Assembly: GCA_044358425.1 (NCBI GenBank)
Contig: CP054849.1
Coordinates: 1,081,446 to 1,145,445, forward strand
Reading direction: 5' to 3'
DNA: 64,000 bases
Origin: Marine Group I thaumarchaeote
Lineage (GTDB): Archaea > Thermoproteota > Nitrososphaeria > Nitrososphaerales > Nitrosopumilaceae
The stretch's first letter is position 1. Every line of letters starts with the position of its first letter. Under the pieces are notes generated by a model. It did not search any database. It was not told the origin of the DNA and worked only from the letters and a program-made list of their open reading frames with translations. Made by a program: the position numbers and the translations under genes. This document shows, piece after piece, positions 1 through 8,428 of this stretch.

Positions 1-396
1 GGAAAAGTTAGTGTTTCAGAAACAGTAACAATTTCTGCTGATTTAGATAAAAAGAAAACACCAATGGGAATATTTGCTGTACAAATTATGGAATACAAAG
101 AAAATACATTTTCAGCAAAGATTTTAGATCCTTCAGGAATGGAAATAATTTCAGAGAAAATTAATGAAGATACAATTGAACAAGAATTTGAGATATTTGA
201 TTCTGGAAATTATGAATTGATAATTCAAAGTTCTGATGATAAAGAAAGTTATGTTGCTGGTGCAATAGGTCCGATTCCAAATAAAGATAATCAAATCATA
301 TTTTCAACAGTATCAATAATTTGTACTATTTTAGGAATGATTGGATTAGTAATTATTGCAATCTATGAAATCAGAAATAAAAGAAGATCAATTTAG
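1..396 (+). CDS. Membrane-anchored hypothetical protein, 5'-truncated by window edge (beta-rich, GOLD/p24-like ectodomain plus C-terminal TM helix)
   Basis: Frame is open from position 1 to the stop at 396; C-terminal hydrophobic helix followed by basic tail RNKRRSI. Confidence 0.7.
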   Translation, partial: GKVSVSETVTISADLDKKKTPMGIFAVQIMEYKENTFSAKILDPSGMEIISEKINEDTIEQEFEIFDSGNYELIIQSSDDKESYVAGAIGPIPNKDNQIIFSTVSIICTILGMIGLVIIAIYEIRNKRRSI

Positions 397-699
397 ATAA
401 CTATCCATTTTTTCCAAACCATTTATTGCACCATCAAAGGTGTCATTGTTTTCTAGTAAGGAACTAAGCTTTTCGTTATTTGCGAATATGAAATTTTTTT
501 GATTTTCATTAGTTTTGAAAATAAATTCACATTCTATCAAGTAATCAAGTCTTTGTAAAATATCAGATTCAGACATTGAAAATTCTTGAGATAATACAGA
601 GCATTCTTTTTTTCCATCTTCTAATTTTGCCAATATCTCAGATGTAATGGGGTCAAACATACAATCAATGATTTTTTCTCTATCAAAGGATTCATCCAT
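388..699 (-). CDS. Small winged-helix (ArsR-like) hypothetical protein
   Basis: DPITSEILAKL...LSQEFSMSESDILQRLDYL pattern typical of wHTH domains. Confidence 0.55.
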   Translation of the reverse strand: MDESFDREKIIDCMFDPITSEILAKLEDGKKECSVLSQEFSMSESDILQRLDYLIECEFIFKTNENQKNFIFANNEKLSSLLENNDTFDGAINGLEKMDSYLN

Positions 700-779
700 A
701 GATTAGATTGAAAAATTAGAATGTAATAACTTTTTGAATAAGTCAATAGAATAATTAAGAAATAAGAATATCTTAAAGT

Positions 780-932
780 ATGCAAAAACTCTGTAATCAT
801 GATCCATCAGGTAAAGGTGAACATTGTTTTTGTATAGATATTGATTCACAAAGAGGAGTCAAAAAATGCTGTCAATGTAATGAATGGAATGTTCAGGGTA
901 ACAATTGGACAAAAGATGAGGACTTTAGATAA
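780..932 (+). CDS. Cys/His-rich micro-protein (50 aa), putative metal-binding; not in ORF track
   Basis: Hand translation MQKLCNHDPSGKGEHCFCIDIDSQRGVKKCCQCNEWNVQGNNWTKDEDFR*; fills an otherwise empty intergenic gap. Confidence 0.6.
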   Translation: MQKLCNHDPSGKGEHCFCIDIDSQRGVKKCCQCNEWNVQGNNWTKDEDFR

Positions 933-1051
933 TTTTTGAATCAAAATTGGTCAGAATTAAGCCATACAAGTAGAGATCTCAGTAAAAAACAGATAATTTC
1001 TCCAAAATGACTGACGCCTAGCAATGGTTTTTATCGGGGTTTCTTAGAATT

Positions 1052-1630
1052 TTGGAATACTTGAGTAGCCAAGAATATAGACACATTGTAAGAATCGTAG
1101 GTAACGATATTCCAGGAGAAAGAAAACTTCTCGTAGGTTTAACCCAGATTAAAGGTATAGGTCATAATTTTGCAACAGCAATTGCAACTACATTAAAAAT
1201 TAACACAAATTCTAATATCGGTCATCTTACAGATGCAAATGTTCAAGAAATTGAAAAATTGATTACAAATCCAAGTGAAGCAAATTTTCCATCATGGTTC
1301 CTTAACAGACAAAGAGATATTGAAACTGGAAAAGATTTACACTTGCTAACTTCAGACATTCCATTTACTTTAAGAAATGATATTGAAAGAGAAAGAATCA
1401 CTGCCAGTTGGAGAGGTTATCGTCACCTAAGTGGTCTAAAAGTTAGAGGACAAAGAACTAGAACATCTGGTAGAAAAGGTGGAGCAGTAGGAGTAGCAAA
1501 AGGTGGATTAGCAGCTCCTGTTAAGAAAGCAAGTTCTGGTGCACCAGCTGCAGAAGCAGCACCAGCTGCACCAACAGCAGACGCTCCAGCACCAGCTGCA
1601 GAAGCAGCACCAGCGGAGAAAAAAGAATAG
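1052..1630 (+). CDS. rps13: 30S ribosomal protein S13 (uS13) with Ala/Pro-rich C-terminal tail; start possibly TTG at 1061
   Basis: [36 protein letters not shown] motifs. Confidence 0.97.
   Translation: MEYLSSQEYRHIVRIVGNDIPGERKLLVGLTQIKGIGHNFATAIATTLKINTNSNIGHLTDANVQEIEKLITNPSEANFPSWFLNRQRDIETGKDLHLLTSDIPFTLRNDIERERITASWRGYRHLSGLKVRGQRTRTSGRKGGAVGVAKGGLAAPVKKASSGAPAAEAAPAAPTADAPAPAAEAAPAEKKE
1541..1614 (+). repeat. 26-nt direct repeat (gcaccagctgcagaagcagcaccagc at 1541-1566 and 1589-1614) in the rps13 tail
   Basis: Read directly; encodes APAAEAAPA twice. Confidence 0.85.
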
Positions 1631-1639
1631 GTGTTTTGA

Positions 1640-2233
1640 ATGGGAGATCCAAAATATCCACGTAAAGTCTGGCGTAAACCAAAGCGACCTCTTAATTATG
1701 AATTAAAAATGGACGAATTGCAAACTCTCGGTACATTTGGATTAAGAACTAAAAGAGAATTATGGAAAGCACATACCGAATTATCACGTGTGAGACAACA
1801 AGCAAGATCATTGCTTGCATTGACACAAGAAGCACGAGCAGAAAAAGAACCAATATTACTAAAATCATTATCAAGAATTGGTTTAGTAGCAGAAAATGCA
1901 TCATTAGATGATGTACTTAATCTTAAACCAACTGATTTGCTTGCAAGAAGATTACAAACAATCGTCTCAAAAAAATTAGGATTTAAAACACCATATCAAG
2001 CAAGACAAGCTGTAATTCATGGCCACATCATGGTTGGAGATAGAAAGGTAGACATCCCATCATATACGGTCACAGTTGCAGAAGAAGACAGTGTTCATTT
2101 TAGCCCTGAATCAAAAATTCCAGAAATGTTAGAAAAAACAAAGGCTGAAGCACCAAAAGTTGAAGCTCCTGCTGAAGGTGAAGAAGCAACTCCTGCTGAA
2201 GCAACTCCTGCTGAAGCACCAAAAGCAGACTAA
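1640..2233 (+). CDS. rps4: 30S ribosomal protein S4 (uS4) with Ala/Glu/Pro tail
   Basis: MGDPKYPRK start, RRLQTIV, QARQAVIHGHI motifs. Confidence 0.97.
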   Translation: MGDPKYPRKVWRKPKRPLNYELKMDELQTLGTFGLRTKRELWKAHTELSRVRQQARSLLALTQEARAEKEPILLKSLSRIGLVAENASLDDVLNLKPTDLLARRLQTIVSKKLGFKTPYQARQAVIHGHIMVGDRKVDIPSYTVTVAEEDSVHFSPESKIPEMLEKTKAEAPKVEAPAEGEEATPAEATPAEAPKAD

Positions 2234-2280
2234 TCATAGCATCATTATCAGTAAATACCCCTATTATCAGATAAAATTAC

Positions 2281-4038
2281 ATGTGTTCAATTATCGGATA
2301 TTCTGGAAATGAAATTGCAGCTCCAATAATCGTGAAGGGATTAAAACGAATGGAGTATAGGGGATACGACAGTGTCGGAGTTGCAACCGAATCAGATAAC
2401 GGAATTGAATTAAAAAAAGGAACAGGAAAAGTAAATGAGGTAAATTCCAAAATACAATTAGATAAACTACCAGGAAAAGTTGGAATTGGTCATACAAGAT
2501 GGGCAACTCATGGGAAAGTAACAGAACTCAATGCACATCCTCATCCAAGTAATTCTGGAAAAATTGCAATTGTACATAATGGAATTATAGAAAATTTTGA
2601 AGAGTTAAAAAAACAATTAGAAGATGAAGGATATAATTTCAAAAGTGAAACAGACAGTGAAATAATTGCAAATTTGTTACAAAAAAATTATGAATCTACA
2701 AAAAATGTTAAAGAAACAATAATGAAAACAGTGGATGTAATCAAAGGACATTATGCATTTGTTGCAATGTTTGAAAACGGTCAAATAGCAGCAGCAAGAT
2801 TCCACGAACCATTAATTGTAGGAGTTGGACAAGAGAATATTTTTTTGTCAAGTGATGTGTTAGGTTTCATAGAATATACAGATAATGCAATATACATGAA
2901 AAGTGGCAATTTTATAATTTTAGAGAATAAAGAATTTGAAATTTTAGATTTCAATGGAAATAAAATAAAACATGAGATTACAAAAGTTTCCAAAGAATTT
3001 GGAGATACATACAAAGGTGATTATGCACATTTTACACTAAAAGAAATTTACGAACAACCAGATGTAATTCTAAAGGCAGGAGAAACAACAGTGGAAGGTA
3101 TCGAAAATGCTGCAAATCTTATCAAAAATGCAAAAAATATCTACATTACAGGCAGTGGAACCAGCTATAATTCAGCATTAATTGCAAAACAGATTTTATC
3201 AAAATACGTCAAAATTAAGGCTGAACCAATAATAGCAAGTGAGCTTCAATTTGCACCAGATACAATTGAAGAAAATTCAGTTTTAATTGCAATTTCTCAA
3301 AGTGGAGAAAGCGCAGATGTTTTAGAAGCAGTAAGAATTACAAAGAAATTAAACTGTAAAATTATTTCCATAGTCAATTTACTAACATCATCTCTTACAC
3401 GCAAAGGAGATGTTGTATTAGGAATGAATTGTGGACCAGAGATAGGAGTAGCTGCAACTAAAAGCTTTACTGCACAATTAATTATACTTTACAAAATTGT
3501 TCAGAAGTTAGGTGAAAATATTACAATTGGTTTTGAAGAATTTTCAATTTCAATTTCTAAAATGTTAGAAAATACAAATAAAATTCAAGAGATTGCAAAA
3601 GAATTGAAAGAAGTATCAGACATTTACATTTTAGGCCGAGGAATCAATTATCCAATTGCAATTGAATCAGCATTAAAACTAAAAGAATTGACATACATTC
3701 ATGCAGAGGGAATTCCAGGTGGAGAATTAAAACATGGCCCACTTGCATTAATGGATACAGACGTTTTTGTTATTGTGATCAATCCAAATGATTCAACATA
3801 TGCTGACACATTAACTAGTGCACGAGAGATTAAAGCTCGTGGGGCAAAAATTATCGGAGTATCAGATATTGAGAGTGATGTTTATGATTACTGGATAGAA
3901 ATTCCAAAGATTAGTGAAATTTTATATCCAATTTCAGAGATTATCCCAATTCAACTTTTAGCATATTATTCTGCATTAGAAAAAGACACAGATCCAGATT
4001 ATCCTAGAAATCTAGCAAAATCCGTGACTGTAAAATAA
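2281..4038 (+). CDS. glmS: Glutamine--fructose-6-phosphate aminotransferase
   Basis: N-terminal Cys, EYRGYDS, GHTRWATHG, C-terminal PRNLAKSVTV. Confidence 0.97.
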   Translation: MCSIIGYSGNEIAAPIIVKGLKRMEYRGYDSVGVATESDNGIELKKGTGKVNEVNSKIQLDKLPGKVGIGHTRWATHGKVTELNAHPHPSNSGKIAIVHNGIIENFEELKKQLEDEGYNFKSETDSEIIANLLQKNYESTKNVKETIMKTVDVIKGHYAFVAMFENGQIAAARFHEPLIVGVGQENIFLSSDVLGFIEYTDNAIYMKSGNFIILENKEFEILDFNGNKIKHEITKVSKEFGDTYKGDYAHFTLKEIYEQPDVILKAGETTVEGIENAANLIKNAKNIYITGSGTSYNSALIAKQILSKYVKIKAEPIIASELQFAPDTIEENSVLIAISQSGESADVLEAVRITKKLNCKIISIVNLLTSSLTRKGDVVLGMNCGPEIGVAATKSFTAQLIILYKIVQKLGENITIGFEEFSISISKMLENTNKIQEIAKELKEVSDIYILGRGINYPIAIESALKLKELTYIHAEGIPGGELKHGPLALMDTDVFVIVINPNDSTYADTLTSAREIKARGAKIIGVSDIESDVYDYWIEIPKISEILYPISEIIPIQLLAYYSALEKDTDPDYPRNLAKSVTVK

Positions 4039-4052
4039 GAAAATTTAGATAT

Positions 4053-4448
4053 CTAGGCTCCTGAAATGGTTCCAGAAATATCACGAATCTTTACTTCGTT
4101 GAGAATTTTTTCCATTATCTGCTGTTGTCCTCCTGCATTATCTATTGTGACCAAAAGCAAATTTCCACTTGGTAATGGAATTGTTGCACGTCGAAGTTTT
4201 TCATAAACTGCCAAAGTGTACAACCCTTCACCAATTTTGTCATAGTGTTTTTCTCTAGAACTCCATGCACTAATTGCATGATGTATTGTTTCTTGAGTTT
4301 CTTCAGGAGACAAGTAAAGTTTAGTATTAGGTTTTGATCCCTTTGCAAGGATTTCTCCAGACTTGTTTGTTACTGCAGCGAATCGTATGCAAGTATCCAA
4401 ATCAAAGAGTCTGTTTAGCAGTGTACCGTATTGTATTGTTTGACTCAT
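4053..4448 (-). CDS. Roadblock/longin-like small protein of an expanded thaumarchaeal family
   Basis: IRFAAVTNKSGEILA...YTLAVYEKLRRATIP...LLLVTID pattern. Confidence 0.6.
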   Translation of the reverse strand: MSQTIQYGTLLNRLFDLDTCIRFAAVTNKSGEILAKGSKPNTKLYLSPEETQETIHHAISAWSSREKHYDKIGEGLYTLAVYEKLRRATIPLPSGNLLLVTIDNAGGQQQIMEKILNEVKIRDISGTISGA

Positions 4449-4561
4449 GGGAAATTATTCTATAAGAAGAACATAACTATGATGAAGTAAATTCAGAAAT
4501 AATGTTTAGTTTTTTATCATAATCTAAAAATTTGTTTAAATTTTGTAATTAATTTTAAGAA

Positions 4562-4963
4562 TCATTCAACAATAATTTGGCCAGTCATCCAAGTATGTAG
4601 CATGCAATAGTAATCATAATTTCCTTTTTGAGAAAATTTTCTCTCATATGCATCTCCAGACATCAATACTTTTGAATCAAACATTCCATCAGGTTTTGGA
4701 ACTTCTCCATCAACAGTTCCTGATGTAAATGTGTGAATTCCTGTTCCATCAGTATTTGTCATGGTAACAACAGTACCAGATTTTATGGTCAATACACTTG
4801 GTGTGTAACAACCTGTTTCAACACAAGATTGCGAGAATCCAGATTCTTCTACTGTTCCAATTTTAGGAATTGGATAATCAGCATCTTCACCCACTACAGA
4901 TACTGCAATCAATACAACAGCTAGTGCTGCAATTAATCCAAGAATGCTGGATTTAGTTACCAT
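4562..4963 (-). CDS. Secreted or membrane-anchored blue (type 1) copper protein, plastocyanin/azurin family
   Basis: N-terminal signal/TM, HTFTSG and YDYYCMLHTWMTG giving H/C/H/M copper ligands. Confidence 0.9.
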   Translation of the reverse strand: MVTKSSILGLIAALAVVLIAVSVVGEDADYPIPKIGTVEESGFSQSCVETGCYTPSVLTIKSGTVVTMTNTDGTGIHTFTSGTVDGEVPKPDGMFDSKVLMSGDAYERKFSQKGNYDYYCMLHTWMTGQIIVE

Positions 4964-5030
4964 ATCAAACCTTGTAAAATTTGATTAAGATAAACATTTT
5001 CGTGCCTAATTTTCTACTTTTTTTCAAATA

Positions 5031-6101
5031 TCAGGACTTAGATAATGAAGATAATCTATCATATTCTTTTTCTGCAAGATTCAAGAATTTTGCAGAATCA
5101 TTACCAGTTTTGAGCATTGATGAAATAATACTGCCCCCAGCACCAGCACCTTCTTTTCCAAATCCTTCAGAAAATGCCTTTAGTCCAGAATATTTTGAAT
5201 TGTTTAATCCAGGATTTACAGAGATTGCAGGAATATCGGCAATCTGTTTTACAATATTAGTAAAATTTACATTTTGATCATTTGTGATATAAGACGTAGT
5301 TCCAATTGCAGTATTTTCTTCATTAAATCCAATTTTAGATGCAAATGCCAAAACTGCTGTCATCTGTGTACCACCAGCCAACATAACTTTAGAAACAGCA
5401 GATGCAGAACTCAACATTCCTGCAACAAAAGCAATCATAGGATCACCAACCTTTGCAAGAATACTATATGGATGATCAGAATCAATTCGTTTTATTGCAG
5501 AATCTACAACTTCATTTTTTAGTTTAATAGGATTTGTTGGAATACTAGAACTTGTTTTTGCATCAAAATCAAAAGCCTTCAATACAGCTAAAGCAGTTGT
5601 TGTTCCACCAGGAATTGATTCACCAATTACCAAACAATCAGTTAATGAAGCCATGTTTCTTCCAACAATTCTACCAAATTCAACTGCACTGGAAACTTCT
5701 GAATCAGTCATTGCCGGTTCAACAGAAATATTTTTTCCAAAAGATAAGCCAGTTTCAATGAAAGGCAATTGTGGAGTAATTTTACTTCCTGCATTAATTG
5801 TTAAATGAGGGATACTAGCAGATTCCAAAGCTGTTTTAGTTAATAGAGCTGGAGTAGGTTTTCCATCAGGGGTCATTGGAATATTATCAATTGTTTTGCA
5901 ATATCCATAGTGGAGGTATTCTGCATCAGCAGGGGGAGTATATTTCATAGATTCACTATTTGCACCAGCAATAGTGATTCCAGGAATTTCACATGTTTGA
6001 GTATAAGACATTACAAAAGAGAGAAGAAATCTTCCAGATTTTACCGACTCCAGGAAATTTTGTGCCTGTTCAACATTGCCAAACAACTCAAAATCTTCCA
6101 A
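5031..6101 (-). CDS. cobT: Nicotinate-nucleotide--dimethylbenzimidazole phosphoribosyltransferase, archaeal type
   Basis: IPGITIAGA, TPPADAE, GESIPGGTTTA, LAGGTQM, KEGAGAGG motifs. Confidence 0.88.
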   Translation of the reverse strand: MEDFELFGNVEQAQNFLESVKSGRFLLSFVMSYTQTCEIPGITIAGANSESMKYTPPADAEYLHYGYCKTIDNIPMTPDGKPTPALLTKTALESASIPHLTINAGSKITPQLPFIETGLSFGKNISVEPAMTDSEVSSAVEFGRIVGRNMASLTDCLVIGESIPGGTTTALAVLKAFDFDAKTSSSIPTNPIKLKNEVVDSAIKRIDSDHPYSILAKVGDPMIAFVAGMLSSASAVSKVMLAGGTQMTAVLAFASKIGFNEENTAIGTTSYITNDQNVNFTNIVKQIADIPAISVNPGLNNSKYSGLKAFSEGFGKEGAGAGGSIISSMLKTGNDSAKFLNLAEKEYDRLSSLSKS

Positions 6102-6108
6102 AATATCA

Positions 6109-6717
6109 CTAACCCATCATATCTAAGAACTGTTGTTCAGTTCTCTTTTGCATTATCATGTTAGTCATTTTTTCTTTTCCTATAGTTGATGTTTCAGTAG
6201 AACCATAATTGTGACCAGGATACATTACCAAATCATCATCTAAAGAATGAAGTACGTCAAAAAGACTATGATAAAGTTCAGATGCACTTCCTCCAGGTAA
6301 ATCAATTCTACCACAATTTCCAACAAATAATGTATCCCCAGAAAAAAGTTTTCCATCACCAACAAGACAAATACTATCAGGAGAATGTCCAGGCGTATGA
6401 AGAACTTTTAATTTTGAATTACCAAATTCAATAAAATCTCCATCTTTAACAGTAATGTCATTTTTCAATGTTGATGACTCATGTTGAATGATAGGAGCTT
6501 TAGTTGATGCAACCATTTCTTCATTTCCTCGTGTATGATCATCATGATAATGTGTATTAACAATATACTTTATTTTTAAATTATTTTCTTTAATTATCAA
6601 TTCTAGTTCTATCAAATTCCAAGATGGATCAATGATAATTGATTCGCTGGAATCTTCATCAACTACAATGTAAGAAAAATTTTGCATTGGTCCAACGGGG
6701 ATTTGATGTACTATCAT
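6109..6717 (-). CDS. Metallo-beta-lactamase-fold hydrolase (glyoxalase II-like)
   Basis: THYHDDH, HTPGHS, FSGDTLF, YPGH motifs. Confidence 0.92.
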   Translation of the reverse strand: MIVHQIPVGPMQNFSYIVVDEDSSESIIIDPSWNLIELELIIKENNLKIKYIVNTHYHDDHTRGNEEMVASTKAPIIQHESSTLKNDITVKDGDFIEFGNSKLKVLHTPGHSPDSICLVGDGKLFSGDTLFVGNCGRIDLPGGSASELYHSLFDVLHSLDDDLVMYPGHNYGSTETSTIGKEKMTNMIMQKRTEQQFLDMMG

Positions 6718-7361
6718 ACAATTCCCTCTTCAGCTTCAACAGGAATGCCAATTTTTTCGGCGAACAGTTCTCCAGTCAAATCTTTTCTTTTTGGAATTCC
6801 TTCTTTCATTTTATGAAATGTAACTGTCATGTCACATTTTGTGAAAATGTTTGCAGTATTTCCAGTCTGAGGGTCTAATCCAGATGGAACATCTACAGCA
6901 AATTTGTAGCAATCTGTGTTATTGATGTAATTAATTGCGGATGCATAAGGTTCTCTAATTTCACCTGAAATTCCAGTACCCAAAATTCCATCAATAATTA
7001 TATCTGGTTTGAAATCAAAGTCCAAAGAATTACCAGACATTAGATTTACAGAAGGCATTTTTTTTAAAATTGACCAATTCCAATTACTTTCTTCGGTTTT
7101 AATTTTTTCAGGATCACCTAGAAGCATTACAGTTACATTAGAACCATAACCAGCTAAATGTCTAGCCATAACTAAACCGTCACCACCATTATTTCCCATG
7201 CCCACAAAAATTAAAATATTTTTTGAGGCTACATTCTCGAATTTTGTAAGTAAACGTCTAACTGCTGCGGCTCCAGCATTTTCCATCATGAATTTTTTTA
7301 AAAAACCCATATCATGACCTTTATTTTCAATTTGATACATTTGATCTACTGTTATTTCCAT
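6714..7361 (-). CDS. nnrE: NAD(P)H-hydrate epimerase (YjeF N-terminal domain)
   Basis: MENAG, GNNGGDG, DGILGTG, AVDVPSG motifs. Confidence 0.92.
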   Translation of the reverse strand: MEITVDQMYQIENKGHDMGFLKKFMMENAGAAAVRRLLTKFENVASKNILIFVGMGNNGGDGLVMARHLAGYGSNVTVMLLGDPEKIKTEESNWNWSILKKMPSVNLMSGNSLDFDFKPDIIIDGILGTGISGEIREPYASAINYINNTDCYKFAVDVPSGLDPQTGNTANIFTKCDMTVTFHKMKEGIPKRKDLTGELFAEKIGIPVEAEEGIV

Positions 7362-7433
7362 ACTTTAGATGAAAATCATTACCAAAATAAGAGTTTAGCA
7401 AACGGCTTTATCCTAGTTTTAGAAATTTGTTAC

Positions 7434-8048
7434 ATGACATTAAAAAACGTTAAACCATCATTAAATAAAATTACAAAATCTTTAGCAGCAACACAAGATT
7501 CAAGAGAATTTTTATTAAAAAATACTAGAGAAATAATTATCCTATGTAGTAAATCCATCATTGCAGTTCACAAAGGAGAATTAGTAACAGCAAAAAATAA
7601 TTTGAAACAAGCTGATAAACTATTAAAAAAATATAAGAAAAAAGCAACAGGACAATTAAGAAGATACCTCATTACACCAGAACAAGAATATGTTGAAGCA
7701 GCATGTTTGATTGCAATTGTTGAAAAAAAAGATATTCCTTCAGATAAAAAATTGGCAGTTATGCCTGAATCTTATGTTTTAGGATTACTAGATTGTGTTG
7801 GTGAATTAAAAAGAAAAGTTTTTGATGAAATGAGAACAGGAGACATAGACGAAGCTATTAGATTTTTTGAGATAATGGAAAATCTATATCTTCAACTTTA
7901 CACATTTTCACTATACGACAAAGTAGTAAAAGAAGCTAGAAGGAAAATCGATGTAAATAGAATTTTAGTTGATGATGTTAGATCGGCAATTACAGAAGAA
8001 AAAAGACGAATTGAATTAATCAAATCATTAGAAAAGTTAGAAAAATAA
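7434..8048 (+). CDS. Translin/Trax (C3PO-like) family RNA-binding protein or nuclease
   Basis: QEYVEA and YVLGLLDCVGELKR motifs, RRKID near C-terminus; ATG 7434 preferred over the ORF-track start that overlaps nnrE. Confidence 0.82.
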   Translation: MTLKNVKPSLNKITKSLAATQDSREFLLKNTREIIILCSKSIIAVHKGELVTAKNNLKQADKLLKKYKKKATGQLRRYLITPEQEYVEAACLIAIVEKKDIPSDKKLAVMPESYVLGLLDCVGELKRKVFDEMRTGDIDEAIRFFEIMENLYLQLYTFSLYDKVVKEARRKIDVNRILVDDVRSAITEEKRRIELIKSLEKLEK

Positions 8049-8055
8049 TTTTTAG

Positions 8056-8140
8056 TGCGGGCGATGGGATTTGAACCCACGAACTCCTGAGAGACTAGCC
8101 CCTCAAGCTAGCGCCTTTGGCCAGGCTGGGCGACGCCCGC
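8056..8140 (-). tRNA. tRNA-Leu (GAG)
   Basis: Reverse complement folds to a cloverleaf, GCGGGCG acceptor, anticodon arm CTAGC-TTGAGGG-GCTAG, long variable arm, TTCAAAT T-loop. Confidence 0.95.
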
Positions 8141-8190
8141 AACAAAAGAACCTTGTATGGTTTTTATAATCCTTGACGACTTTTTTCATC

Positions 8191-8427
8191 GTGTTAATTC
8201 CTGTTAGATGTTTTACATGTGGAAACTTAATTGCAGATAAATTCGATGATTATCAAACTAAACTAAAAGCAGGAGAAGATCCTGAAAAAGTTCTAAATGA
8301 GTTACAAATCAATAGATATTGTTGTAGAAGAATGCTTTTGACTACGGTTGAAACAATTCAACAAGTAATTCCATTCTATGAATCAATTCAGAAAAGAAAA
8401 CAAGAAGTTCAATCTGAATTAGATTAA
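8191..8427 (+). CDS. rpoN: DNA-directed RNA polymerase subunit N (Rpo10)
   Basis: IPVRCFTCG and RYCCRRM motifs; GTG start at 8191. Confidence 0.97.
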   Translation: MLIPVRCFTCGNLIADKFDDYQTKLKAGEDPEKVLNELQINRYCCRRMLLTTVETIQQVIPFYESIQKRKQEVQSELD

Positions 8428-8428
8428 T

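Noticed and set aside
7314-7433. N-terminal extension of the translin-like ORF
   Set aside because: Overlaps the nnrE start and the divergent promoter region; ATG 7434 is more plausible
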